Of a stretch of 64,000 nt of DNA, positions 1-9,467 are shown in pieces; position 1 is the stretch's first letter, and every line of letters starts with the position of its first letter. The translations under genes were made by a program, and so were the position numbers. The stretch lies in the NCBI GenBank assembly GCA_021846515.1, contig JAJZWU010000002.1, forward strand, positions 40,033 through 104,032, in the 5' to 3' direction. Below the pieces are notes generated by a model. That model was not told where the DNA came from, made no database searches, and saw only the letters and a list, made by a program, of their open reading frames with translations. Source of the DNA: Actinomycetes bacterium (lineage in GTDB: Bacteria > Actinomycetota > Acidimicrobiia > Acidimicrobiales > JAMCPL01).

Positions 1-152
1 CGCTGCCTCAGGTGGTCATGCTCATGATGCCGGAGTAGTGGATAAAAACGGTGCTCCAGGTAATGGGTCCGCTCCACACGAAAGCTTTCTTCACAGGTTG
101 ATCAGATCTCTGGAGTTCTGGCGTTAGACGGACCGGTTCCATTACAGATCCT

Positions 153-635
153 ATGGCCGATAAATACCCAGCCGGAAGAGCCTCGGTGCAGGAAATTGCT
201 GATTTGCTTGGCAGGGAGCCACAGGGTGATGCGAGAGTGGTATTGCGATATCGTTCCAATGGTTGTGCTGTCGTATTAGAGAATTACCCACTATTTTATG
301 ACGGTACTCCCATGCCTACTCTCTATTGGCTGGTGGATCGTGAATTGATTCGTAGAGTTTCTAGGCTGGAATCTGAGGGGACTATAAAACTCATGCGAGG
401 CACGGTGGATCAGGATTCACTGGCTGCTTCTCATCGGGCATACGAGGCTGCCAGAGACAGCCTATTGCCGCCAGATTATAGCGGTGTAAGGCCTCATGGG
501 GGAGTAGGAGGAACCAATCGAGGGATAAAGTGCCTACATGCCCATCTAGCCTGGTATTTAATGGGATGGGATGATCCGGTCGGTAATATTGTTACAGATA
601 TGATTGATATATCGAGAGATGAGTTTGTGAAATGA
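153..635 (+). CDS. DUF501 domain protein
   Basis: 160-aa ORF with PTLYWLVD...SRLESEG and KCLHAHLAW motifs typical of DUF501. Its stop overlaps the ppx start in ATGA. DUF501-ppx is a standard actinobacterial gene pair. Confidence 0.75.
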   Translation: MADKYPAGRASVQEIADLLGREPQGDARVVLRYRSNGCAVVLENYPLFYDGTPMPTLYWLVDRELIRRVSRLESEGTIKLMRGTVDQDSLAASHRAYEAARDSLLPPDYSGVRPHGGVGGTNRGIKCLHAHLAWYLMGWDDPVGNIVTDMIDISRDEFVK

Positions 636-1594
636 ATGACAGCAGCGGTAGCATAGTTGCATCAGTAGATATGGGCACAAACTCGACCAGGTTGCTGGTT
701 GTGGATCTGTTCAACGGAGATACACTTGATCGTCTTATGAGGATTACTCGTTTGGGTGAAGGAGTGGATGCTACCGGCAAGCTGTCTGAAGAGGCCATAG
801 ATCGCACGCTAACGGTATTGCGTTCATATAAAGAAGTGATGGACTCCAGGGGAGTGTCCAGGTGTCGTGCAGTTGCTACATCAGCTGCTCGTGATGCATC
901 CAATAGAGACAGGCTATTTGATGGCGTGAGGGATGTATTGGGAGTGTACCCCGAGCTGTTATCCGGCAGCGAAGAGGGCAGACTGTCGTTTATCGGCGCT
1001 GTATCAGGCCTCTATAATTTGCCAGACTCGAGCCCATGTCGATCCATACTGGGAGAAGTGCTGGTTATAGATATCGGAGGTGGCTCTACCGAGGTAATTT
1101 GTGGTGACCCCGTTGACCCCGATTCAGCTCGTGCTGTGTCACTGGACATCGGATGCGTGAGACTGACTGAGAGATATTTTCACCACGATCCACCCACCCA
1201 AGATGAGGTAGCGTCGGCGCGCCAGACTGCCAATGATGCATTACTCACTGCTCGTAGTACGATTGGTCAAAACAATCATGGGGGATGCCTGATAGGGCTT
1301 GCCGGTACCGTGTCTACTCTGGGGTCACTTACTTTACAGCTTGATATGTACAATCGTGACAAGATACACCATTTGGCGATGGAGAGTAGTACTATAAGGG
1401 AGTGGGCTGTTACGCTTTCCAGTGAGACTGCCAACTCAAGGTTGCATCGTCCGGGTATGGTGAAAGGACGCGAAGATGTTATAGCAGGCGGCGCCATTAT
1501 TCTGGATGAAGCGATGTCGGTATTCGATATGAAGTGGTGTTTGATCTCAGAGAGCGACATCCTGGATGGGCTTGCCATGAGCTTAATTTCTTGA
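632..1594 (+). CDS. ppx: Ppx/GppA family exopolyphosphatase
   Basis: 320 aa. ASKHA-fold motifs VDMGTNSTRLLVVD and VIDIGGGSTE. Length and neighbourhood fit Ppx/GppA. Confidence 0.85.
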   Translation: MNDSSGSIVASVDMGTNSTRLLVVDLFNGDTLDRLMRITRLGEGVDATGKLSEEAIDRTLTVLRSYKEVMDSRGVSRCRAVATSAARDASNRDRLFDGVRDVLGVYPELLSGSEEGRLSFIGAVSGLYNLPDSSPCRSILGEVLVIDIGGGSTEVICGDPVDPDSARAVSLDIGCVRLTERYFHHDPPTQDEVASARQTANDALLTARSTIGQNNHGGCLIGLAGTVSTLGSLTLQLDMYNRDKIHHLAMESSTIREWAVTLSSETANSRLHRPGMVKGREDVIAGGAIILDEAMSVFDMKWCLISESDILDGLAMSLIS

Positions 1595-1684
1595 ATCCTG
1601 GCAATGGTTGATAATGGGGCATACGGGTAAACTGACTATGATTAAAAGTCAATTTTACTATGGATGTTCTATGTTGGGCGAGCT

Positions 1685-3631
1685 TCATTTCTTGAGGATA
1701 CGGCGAGCCAATCTGCCTGTAGCTCGTATTGGTTCTGTCAGCTTCCATCCCTTGGATGATTTTATCTGGATTAACTCTGCAGCGAATGCATTTGCGACTT
1801 CCAGCCAGGACGTATAACCGACATGTTCCGGTAGGTCACCTGATGAGGTTTGCCACCGTTCACGCTCTTCCCGCCTGGCATCAAGAGAAGCTGCTGCTGA
1901 TGCGATGAGAGTAGCAGCTTGAGGATCTGCAGGTGCGTTGCCACCGCTGTTGTCTGCGCGCATTCTGGATAGGTCGGCCATTAGGCGTGAGCGCTCTGAA
2001 TGGAGAGACCTGACTACCTGTTCCAAGTCGTTTATCTTGCGTATGTTGTTTGCATATTTGGGAGGAAGCAGTATAGGTAACGAATCTATGGTGGATAGTA
2101 TTTTTTTTCGTGTATCCATCCACTGTTCTGGCGGGTGTATAGAGGTAGATTGATCACCGCTTTCCCAATGACGGTACAGGGCGCATACTTTTGTAGTGTT
2201 GGCAACTCCGCATAGCTGAGTTGCACGAACCAACACGTCCCAATCCTCCAGGACAGGTAAATCTTCACCAAATTGAATTCCGAGGTATTGGAAAAGAGAG
2301 GTTGGATATGCCAGGGCGCATGGCGGAGTCCGGTTTTCGTGTAGATGAGATAACAGGTCAAATTTTTTTGGGTACGGACAGCGCGGCCGGCTGATTGTAT
2401 GGTATGATGAATATTCTCCCGGGCCGGGCTGGTCCTCCAGGTGTTGCACAGCTACACCGAGACGGAGGACTTGCCCCGGCCAATGATTGCCCAGTTTGTG
2501 GAACTCCTCCATCCAGCATCCAAATGCCAGGTCATCGTCGTCGAGGATGATTGTGTATTTACCTTTGGCCAGTCTGGCGCCGACATTAAGTGGTCTACTG
2601 CGTCCGCCACCTGAAACCTGTACTACGTTGACCCGAGAAGAGAAACTCTCTGGGAATGAGTCGACCAGATCATTTATGGTGTCGAAAACGTTTGAAGAAA
2701 CGTTGTGGCACAAAAGCAGTACCTCAAAGTTGCTATCCGTCTGTGCAGCCAGTGACAGTAGGGTATCGTGGAGAGTGCCAAGACGTGACCCGGTGGTACG
2801 TACCAGCACAGAGGCGAATATCTGGTTTGCAAAATATTGTTTGCTTATGACCGGTCTACTATCATTTTTCACCTCGAGTACATCAAGGTTATTTTCAGGG
2901 GCATACACCCTTACAAACTGGTTTACAAACGAAAAGTCATCTATGCTGTCTCGTATGTTGACCAGGAACATCCTTAGGGGAGTGAGTGGGGCAAGGGGAG
3001 CTGCCAAACCAGGAAAACGCTGGTCGGACTCGTACATGATGTAGTCATCTCTGGCTATTTCTTTCCAGCTGGCTGCATTCATGGTAGTGGTCAATCGTTC
3101 ATTGGTGTAGAAAACTACATGTGTTTTATCCAGTAATCCAGTAGGGGTAACGTCGAACCTACCCATAAGCAGCTTGGCGGAAAGTTCGTAGTGTGCTATG
3201 TTCGGTACACTCATGACAATACGTGTATCACCATATTCTCTCGCGAGGGAGGACAGGGCAGTTACCAGCTTGTCCCCATTGACCAGATGCTCTAGAACAT
3301 CCAGCATAAAAAATGCTGCTATTTTGCGGCTGCCTACCTGTTTTTTCAGCGTGTCAACAAAGGTATTTATATCAGATATATCAGCGATCATGGTTTCAAA
3401 TCCACGTTGTTCCAAATTCTTGAGCCCTTCTGGATAGAGATCGCATCCCAGGTATCCAAATCCCAATTCCCTGCACTGCTCCGCTACTGCGCCCCATCCA
3501 CATCCTATGTCGACTATCAGTTCATCGTCAGAGCCGGGCGCTGGAAGAGACGTATTGACTAGGCGCATAACCTGTGCATATAGAGAATCTTCAGTGTATT
3601 GAAATTGATATTTGTAAGCGTCAGTCTGCAT
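1685..3631 (-). CDS. Fusion protein: class I SAM methyltransferase, GT2 glycosyltransferase and C-terminal coiled-coil tail
   Basis: 648 aa. N-terminal VDIGCGWG SAM motif. Central GT2 region (ASVLVRT...LLSLAAQTD...ILDDDD). C-terminal heptad-like region ending in SSKGWKLTEPIR, a tail motif seen in polysaccharide enzymes. Confidence 0.7.
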   Translation of the reverse strand: MQTDAYKYQFQYTEDSLYAQVMRLVNTSLPAPGSDDELIVDIGCGWGAVAEQCRELGFGYLGCDLYPEGLKNLEQRGFETMIADISDINTFVDTLKKQVGSRKIAAFFMLDVLEHLVNGDKLVTALSSLAREYGDTRIVMSVPNIAHYELSAKLLMGRFDVTPTGLLDKTHVVFYTNERLTTTMNAASWKEIARDDYIMYESDQRFPGLAAPLAPLTPLRMFLVNIRDSIDDFSFVNQFVRVYAPENNLDVLEVKNDSRPVISKQYFANQIFASVLVRTTGSRLGTLHDTLLSLAAQTDSNFEVLLLCHNVSSNVFDTINDLVDSFPESFSSRVNVVQVSGGGRSRPLNVGARLAKGKYTIILDDDDLAFGCWMEEFHKLGNHWPGQVLRLGVAVQHLEDQPGPGEYSSYHTISRPRCPYPKKFDLLSHLHENRTPPCALAYPTSLFQYLGIQFGEDLPVLEDWDVLVRATQLCGVANTTKVCALYRHWESGDQSTSIHPPEQWMDTRKKILSTIDSLPILLPPKYANNIRKINDLEQVVRSLHSERSRLMADLSRMRADNSGGNAPADPQAATLIASAAASLDARREERERWQTSSGDLPEHVGYTSWLEVANAFAAELIQIKSSKGWKLTEPIRATGRLARRILKK

Positions 3632-4580
3632 AAGAAAAACGATGTTCAGCGAAGTCGAATCCTATAAATTGCCCTACTTTGTGTTCCGCGTCCAGGCGAT
3701 CTGGAAGCCCTCCATCATGCTTACGCTGTTGGAATGCATCTACCGCTTTGCGATGGAAGCGGGCAGGGGAGTGTAGAAATGTATCTATCATCTTGTCGAC
3801 GATATCATCACGTGAGTATTTGTATGCCAGCAATAAGCTTGATTCCGCAGAATACTCCGGTTCGGTGGCTGCCGGTATGAATACTCCATCCTCATCCAGA
3901 TACTTGTCGTGGAATATCTTTGCGTGAGGCCAGTGGACTACCCGCCAACCCTGTAGTCTAGTACGCCACGATAGATCTACATCTTCGCAGTACAAGAAGA
4001 ATGACTTGTCGTCGAAGCCGCCTATCTCATGCATGATAGATGTACGTATCATAAGACATGCACCAAGCGCCCAGCTGGTATCCATGGTAACGGGGTCATA
4101 AGATTTTGGGTGTTCCAAGGGCAGCTGCTTGGCATCTACTATGCCGATGCTCTGGTCATCAAAGACAGGCGCCATTTCGGTAATCAATTGCGGACTGGAA
4201 TAGGTATCTGGGTTCAGTATAAGGCAAAGGTCTTCTTTTGCTCCCGGCAAGAGCTTGTTATGACCACCGCCAAACCCCAGATTCTTGCCGAAGTGTGTGT
4301 ACTCATACAATTGTATTCCAACTGATGAAGTGTACTCCCTGTATCTTCCCAGCCCGTCTTCGTCTATAATAGGATCTGCGGAGCAGTCGCCAATCACGAT
4401 AGCTGGATCACAAATTATGCTTTTTTCGGCTGCGTTATGCAGGGCTACCGAAATGCTTTCCAGGCAACTGTGCAGTGCGTGTGGATCTGTATCATATAAT
4501 ACGATCTGTACACGTATACTCTTGGGACGGCGACCCTGGACAGAGGTTGCCTCTGGTCTATCCATTGGTTCATCTTGCAC
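3621..4580 (-). CDS. Glycosyltransferase family 2
   Basis: 319 aa with NLGFGGGHN, LNPD and CEDVDLSWR motifs (rhamnosyltransferase-like GT2). GTG start. Overlaps both neighbours by 11 nt. Confidence 0.75.
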   Translation of the reverse strand: MQDEPMDRPEATSVQGRRPKSIRVQIVLYDTDPHALHSCLESISVALHNAAEKSIICDPAIVIGDCSADPIIDEDGLGRYREYTSSVGIQLYEYTHFGKNLGFGGGHNKLLPGAKEDLCLILNPDTYSSPQLITEMAPVFDDQSIGIVDAKQLPLEHPKSYDPVTMDTSWALGACLMIRTSIMHEIGGFDDKSFFLYCEDVDLSWRTRLQGWRVVHWPHAKIFHDKYLDEDGVFIPAATEPEYSAESSLLLAYKYSRDDIVDKMIDTFLHSPARFHRKAVDAFQQRKHDGGLPDRLDAEHKVGQFIGFDFAEHRFSYAD

Positions 4581-5262
4581 GTCTTAGGTATCCTTTCGGG
4601 TTGAATGTCATCATATAGCGTTCCTTCTGGCTATCTATGTAGAAGTCGTTATTGGTGGCGAGGAACTCCTCAAGTGCTTCCATGGGGCCAGGCCCGTGGG
4701 TTCTGTTGACTGGGTGCCCATTTACATTGGAATCCTCCACCACAAGGTAATTTCCGGGAGTTACCAAATCGCAGTAGAGGAGTAACTCTTTTGCCACATG
4801 ATCCCTGGAGTGGTCAGAATCTAATATAACCATTACGCTGCCTGCCCCTTCAGCGATCCGCTGAAGGGTTGCCAAGCTGTCTTCTGAGGTAGATGAGCCG
4901 TTAATGTACGTAATTCTTGGGTGCTGAGGACGACCTGGCACATCCAACACGTCTACAGTTGCCACATGGCCGTGGCCAATTGCATCCATCAATGTAGCAA
5001 AAAATAGTGCGCTTCCACCGTAAGCTGTTCCAGTTTCAATCAGTAGATCCGGCTTTGCATCAAAGATGATCTCCTGGTAAATCCACATGTCAAGGGGGCA
5101 CTTTTGAGTAGGGATCCCCATCCAGTTGGTAGTCAACCATGTCTCTGGAGAGTTGTAGTACACCCAGTGAAACTGGTCTACTACCACCTTGCGGTATGTG
5201 GTGCTACCCAATAGGCGACCACCGACATGATGTAACAGCTCCGATAACTTATTATTGTTCAC
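4570..5262 (-). CDS. CmcI / cephalosporin-hydroxylase family O-methyltransferase
   Basis: 230 aa. WMGIPTQKCPLDMWIYQEII...LIETGTAYGGSALFFA is characteristic of the CmcI family (sugar O-methyltransferases). Confidence 0.75.
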   Translation of the reverse strand: MNNNKLSELLHHVGGRLLGSTTYRKVVVDQFHWVYYNSPETWLTTNWMGIPTQKCPLDMWIYQEIIFDAKPDLLIETGTAYGGSALFFATLMDAIGHGHVATVDVLDVPGRPQHPRITYINGSSTSEDSLATLQRIAEGAGSVMVILDSDHSRDHVAKELLLYCDLVTPGNYLVVEDSNVNGHPVNRTHGPGPMEALEEFLATNNDFYIDSQKERYMMTFNPKGYLRRAR

Positions 5263-5349
5263 ATCTGCAGATTATCGTATCGGAGGTCTGTTTGTCTTGC
5301 ATTTCCATGTAATTATAGGCAATGATCTTTATATGGGTGGAAACAGTAC

Positions 5350-5976
5350 ATGAAATTTACCGGATTCGATACATTGGTGGGCAACCGTCTGTCCCTTAGG
5401 GGAAGAAGGGTATTGCTGAGGCAACTTGTAGACAGTGACTATGAGACTTGGCGTGCAGTTCGTCTCCGATGCAGGGACTGGTTACTTCCATGGGAGCCAA
5501 GACCTTCCGGCACCATGATTCCGGCCGATGATTGGTACAACTATCGTGCGAGGTTGTCGACGAGACAGAGAGAAAGTCAGCAGGGAACGGGATATGGATT
5601 CGGCATCTTCTTGGATGATGTGTTTGCAGGAGAGGTGACTATCTCGTCCATCCAGAGGGGGCCGTTCCAGAGTGGATACATTGGTTATTGGATAGATAGG
5701 GAGTTTGCCGGTCAGGGTTTGGCTCCGGAGGCTGCTTGTGTTGTCATGCAATTTGCATTTGAAGTGCTTGGCTTGCACAGAATAGAGATTGCCATCGTAC
5801 CGCGCAACGCAGCCAGCAGAAGGGTGGCAGAGAAGCTGCTGCTGAGAGATGAAGGGACTGCTGTACGGTTTTTGGAGATAAACGGCATCTGGGAGGATCA
5901 TGTCCGTTATGCCATGACAGCAGAGGAGTGGGTATATTTAAAACAATCTATGATAAGATGGCTTCCGGTCCAGTGA
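5350..5976 (+). CDS. GNAT family N-acetyltransferase (RimJ/RimL-like)
   Basis: 208 aa. YWIDREFAGQGLAPEA...LGLHRIEIAIVPRNAASRRVAEK is a typical RimJ-like GNAT core. Confidence 0.75.
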   Translation: MKFTGFDTLVGNRLSLRGRRVLLRQLVDSDYETWRAVRLRCRDWLLPWEPRPSGTMIPADDWYNYRARLSTRQRESQQGTGYGFGIFLDDVFAGEVTISSIQRGPFQSGYIGYWIDREFAGQGLAPEAACVVMQFAFEVLGLHRIEIAIVPRNAASRRVAEKLLLRDEGTAVRFLEINGIWEDHVRYAMTAEEWVYLKQSMIRWLPVQ

Positions 5977-7406
5977 ACACTCCGTCTGATCCTACTCAAG
6001 ATGGCAGCACAGATATTTTGCCTGATGACAGTGCATTGGGCGACCTACCATACACGGGCAGAGCATCCGATACTACCGTTAATTCTTCCGACGCAGACCG
6101 GCTCGATGAATGGGTAAGTCGTGATGCTGCTGTTGTATGGCATGGTTTTACCCAGATGGCAGCTTACCAGGACAACTCTCCGGTTATAGTGGAGAGAGCT
6201 GAAGGCAGGGAAATAATCGACGTGAACGGTAAACGCTATCTTGATGCCATATCGTCGCTGTGGGTAAATACCCTTGGTCACAGAGTTAAGGAGCTTGACG
6301 AAGCCATCGTGGATCAGCTTTCAAGAGTAGCTCACACCACCATGCTCGGCAACGGCAACACTGAGGTGATAAAGCTGGCGGAGGCTCTCTCAAAGGTAGT
6401 TCCATTGGAGAAGCCCCATTTTCTCTTTGCATCTGATGGTGCGTGTGCGGTAGAGCAGGCTCTGAAGATTGCCTATCAGTATTTCGTCAACTCCGGGCAG
6501 CCAATTCGTAACCAATTTTTGGTATTGGGCAATGCTTACCATGGCGACACTGTAGGTTCTATCTCGCTTGGTGATTCAGGGTTCGAAACCCAGATATTTG
6601 ATCAGCTCAAGTTCGATACCGTGAGGTCACCCGGCTACGATGATAAAAATTGGCTGGATAAGGCTCTCTCTGTATTGCACTCGCAGGGTAGCAGGCTATG
6701 TTGTGCAGTAGTCGAACCGCTTGTGCAGGGTGCATCGGGGGTGTGGGTAGCAGAGCCGGAGCACGTATCTGTCTTTAGAGAGGCGTGCAGGGATGTCGGG
6801 GTGCTGTTTGTTGCCGATGAGGTAGCTACAGGGTTTGGGCGTACAGAGGCTATGTTTGCATCCGAAATTTGCGGCATACAACCAGACATAATGTGTATAG
6901 GTAAGGGGCTTACCGGTGGATATCTCCCTATGTCTGCGACTGTTGTATCGGACGATGTGTTTAGTCAGTTCCTTGGGGAGGATCTTGGCTTTAGAACCTT
7001 TTACCATGGTCATTCTTATGGTGGTAATGCGCTATGTGCAGCAGTTGCCTTGAGGCACCTTGAGCTTATGTCTACATGGCATGTGCTTGACAACGTACGA
7101 GATAGAAGCGACCAGCTGGCATCTTTGCTGGATGAGTATATCAGTGGCCATGAATTGGTACGAGAGATAAGACGTAGGGGACTTATGGCAGGTGTGGAGC
7201 TGGATCCATCAGGAGAGGGTTTGAGATGGGGTCGTAAGGTATGCGCCAAAGCTGTTCAAAGGGGAGTATTGTTGCGTCCCCTGGGCGATGTCGTGGTGCT
7301 GGTCTTGCCTCTTACGATTACAGAAGATGAAGTATTGCGCGTTGTCATGGTATTGAGAGAATCGTTGGATGAGTTGGCAGGAGAGGCTTGGGCGGGCTCG
7401 GGATGA
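5958..7406 (+). CDS. bioA: Adenosylmethionine-8-amino-7-oxononanoate aminotransferase
   Basis: Class III aminotransferase with VWHGFTQM and FVADEVATGFGRTE motifs, followed by bioF and bioD. The start is uncertain: ATG 5958 chosen, the ORF opens at GTG 5928. Confidence 0.85.
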   Translation: MASGPVNTPSDPTQDGSTDILPDDSALGDLPYTGRASDTTVNSSDADRLDEWVSRDAAVVWHGFTQMAAYQDNSPVIVERAEGREIIDVNGKRYLDAISSLWVNTLGHRVKELDEAIVDQLSRVAHTTMLGNGNTEVIKLAEALSKVVPLEKPHFLFASDGACAVEQALKIAYQYFVNSGQPIRNQFLVLGNAYHGDTVGSISLGDSGFETQIFDQLKFDTVRSPGYDDKNWLDKALSVLHSQGSRLCCAVVEPLVQGASGVWVAEPEHVSVFREACRDVGVLFVADEVATGFGRTEAMFASEICGIQPDIMCIGKGLTGGYLPMSATVVSDDVFSQFLGEDLGFRTFYHGHSYGGNALCAAVALRHLELMSTWHVLDNVRDRSDQLASLLDEYISGHELVREIRRRGLMAGVELDPSGEGLRWGRKVCAKAVQRGVLLRPLGDVVVLVLPLTITEDEVLRVVMVLRESLDELAGEAWAGSG

Positions 7407-7432
7407 ATGAGAGTTCGGTGAGGACGGGATGA
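7403..7432 (+). CDS. Candidate bridging sORF (9 aa, MNESSVRTG) between bioA and bioF
   Basis: The ATG overlaps the bioA TGA (ATGA at 7403-7406). Its TGA overlaps the bioF ATG (ATGA at 7429-7432). The sequence is a decayed copy of the bioF 5' end. Confidence 0.3.
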   Translation: MNESSVRTG

Positions 7433-8556
7433 GTGAGGCTTGGGATGAGAGGACAGGACAGAGACTCTCTCAAATCGCTGATGCGTGCCGTAACCGTGCA
7501 CCGAGAGTGTTTGAGGCTGTGGGACAGGTAGGTTACCTGGAGGGCTGTACTCAGCCGGTATGTGCATTTGCTTCAAATGATTATCTTGGTTTGAGCCATC
7601 ATCCGGCAGTAGTCTCCGCTGCAATTGAGGCTGCTGAACGTATGGGTGTAGGAGCTGGAGCATCACGATTGGTTACCGGCAGCCGGCTGGTGCATAAACA
7701 GCTTGAGGATGAGATAGCCGAATGGAAGGGTACCGAGAGGTCAGTACTCTTTCCCACCGGGTACCAGGCAAACATCGGCCTTCTGGGATCACTTGGTGAA
7801 AAAGATGTATTGATCTGTTCCGATGAGCTAAATCACGCATCTATTATTGACGGCTGCAGGTTGTCACGTGCCCGTATCGAAGTGTACCGCCACCTGGATA
7901 TGGGCCATCTGGACTCGATCCTTTCCGGATGGCATGGCATGGCTATGATAGTAAGTGACCTTGTGTTTTCAATGGATGGCGATACTGCACGGGTGGCGGG
8001 ACTTGCTGAGCTGTGCAGGCGTTATGATGCTCTTTTGGTGTTGGATGAGGCGCATCATGTCGTAGGGGATGATCCCAGGGAATTTTTGGATGGGGTAACC
8101 GTGTTGCGTGTGGGCACCCTTTCAAAGACTTTGGGATCTCAAGGTGGGGTAGTAGCAGGTCCATCCAGATTTGTGGAACTCTTGGAGAATGTTGCACGAT
8201 CATATATCTTTTCTACGGCACTTTCTCCAGTGGCGGCAGCTGCAGCGTTGGCAGCGTTAAAAACATACAGGTCTGCCGAGGGAGAGAGACTGCGGAGCGC
8301 CCTAATTCGCAATATAGGAGAGCTGGGAGGGGATAGCCAGATAATTCCTATTGTAATTGGCTCTGAAGAGGATGCATTAAGAGCCTCATCTGAATTGCTT
8401 GCCATGGGAATGTGGGTTCCCGCAATCAGGCCACCTACGGTACCTGTAGGAACCTCCCGACTCAGGGTATCGCTCTCTGCCGATCACACCATAGATCAGG
8501 TAAGGGCATTGCGCGATGCGTTGGAGGCTCAGCGAATAAGAAGGTTGAACAGGTGA
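7429..8556 (+). CDS. bioF: 8-amino-7-oxononanoate synthase
   Basis: 375 aa PLP-dependent acyltransferase (SNDYLGL, LSKTLGSQGG lysine motif) in a bio operon context. Confidence 0.85.
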   Translation: MSEAWDERTGQRLSQIADACRNRAPRVFEAVGQVGYLEGCTQPVCAFASNDYLGLSHHPAVVSAAIEAAERMGVGAGASRLVTGSRLVHKQLEDEIAEWKGTERSVLFPTGYQANIGLLGSLGEKDVLICSDELNHASIIDGCRLSRARIEVYRHLDMGHLDSILSGWHGMAMIVSDLVFSMDGDTARVAGLAELCRRYDALLVLDEAHHVVGDDPREFLDGVTVLRVGTLSKTLGSQGGVVAGPSRFVELLENVARSYIFSTALSPVAAAAALAALKTYRSAEGERLRSALIRNIGELGGDSQIIPIVIGSEEDALRASSELLAMGMWVPAIRPPTVPVGTSRLRVSLSADHTIDQVRALRDALEAQRIRRLNR

Positions 8557-8704
8557 GACACCTACTGGGCATTTCCTATGGACAGATAGTTTTAGCAACG
8601 GTTTGAACAGGCGATAGGGTTGTTGTGCTAAGTGCATGCCTGAATTATCCGGTGCATCTGACCTGTTTGGAGCAGCCCATAGGGACATGCTAAGGTAAAC
8701 TATT

Positions 8705-9388
8705 ATGATTATGCCCAGCCGTCCGAGGAAAGTAGTCTTTGTCGTAGGGACGGATACCGAAATTGGAAAGACATGGGTAGCACGTCAGATGTTGGAGACA
8801 TGGAAATTGCTTGGACTCAAGGTATCTGCAAGAAAACTGGCCCAATCGTATGCGGAGGGAGCTTGGCCTACCGATGCTGATGTGCTGGCTGCAGCAAGTG
8901 GTGAGCCTGCAAAAGAGGTCTGTTCACCGGAATACTGGTACCCGGTAGAAATGGCTCCTCCTATGGCAGCTATAGCGCTGGGTACGGATCCACCCACTCT
9001 GACAGAGTTGGCCTTTTCTGTAGGGTGGCCTGCCGGTGCAGACATAGGAGTAGTGGAAGCTGCCGGCGGTGTACGTTCACCTCAGGCTTTGGATGGAGAT
9101 TGTGTAGATTTGGCTCGCCTGCTGAACCCCGAGGTAATTGTCCTTGTAGCCAACGCCGGTCTTGGTACTATCAACTCTACTCGTATGTCGCATGAGGCAT
9201 TAAACAGCATCAGAGGAGCGGACGACCCAGATATCCCAATTCATGTTGTATTGAATCACTTTGATGTACGCAGTGAGCTACACCGTTATAACCTCGAGTG
9301 GCTCCGGGATAAATACTCCATTGACGCATGTAGCGGGATTGTGGATGACGTGGTCAAACTTGCCAAGCAGCTGGCATCAGATATGTAA
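8705..9388 (+). CDS. bioD: Dethiobiotin synthetase
   Basis: 227 aa with P-loop VVGTDTEIGKT and a VEAAGG motif. Lies downstream of bioA and bioF. Confidence 0.8.
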   Translation: MIMPSRPRKVVFVVGTDTEIGKTWVARQMLETWKLLGLKVSARKLAQSYAEGAWPTDADVLAAASGEPAKEVCSPEYWYPVEMAPPMAAIALGTDPPTLTELAFSVGWPAGADIGVVEAAGGVRSPQALDGDCVDLARLLNPEVIVLVANAGLGTINSTRMSHEALNSIRGADDPDIPIHVVLNHFDVRSELHRYNLEWLRDKYSIDACSGIVDDVVKLAKQLASDM

Positions 9389-9467
9389 CAGCACTTAGTG
9401 GATTACCAGGTCTGAAGCAGCTCAAACTTCTGGTTTTGCTCCCACCTATGACGATACTGCTTGTTGC

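Noticed and set aside
2-127. An open frame from the window edge to TAG 125-127 on the plus strand. It could be the 3' end of the gene upstream of DUF501, which is often an FtsB/DivIC-like gene.
   Set aside because: Only 41 codons are visible and there is no recognisable motif, so a call cannot be supported.
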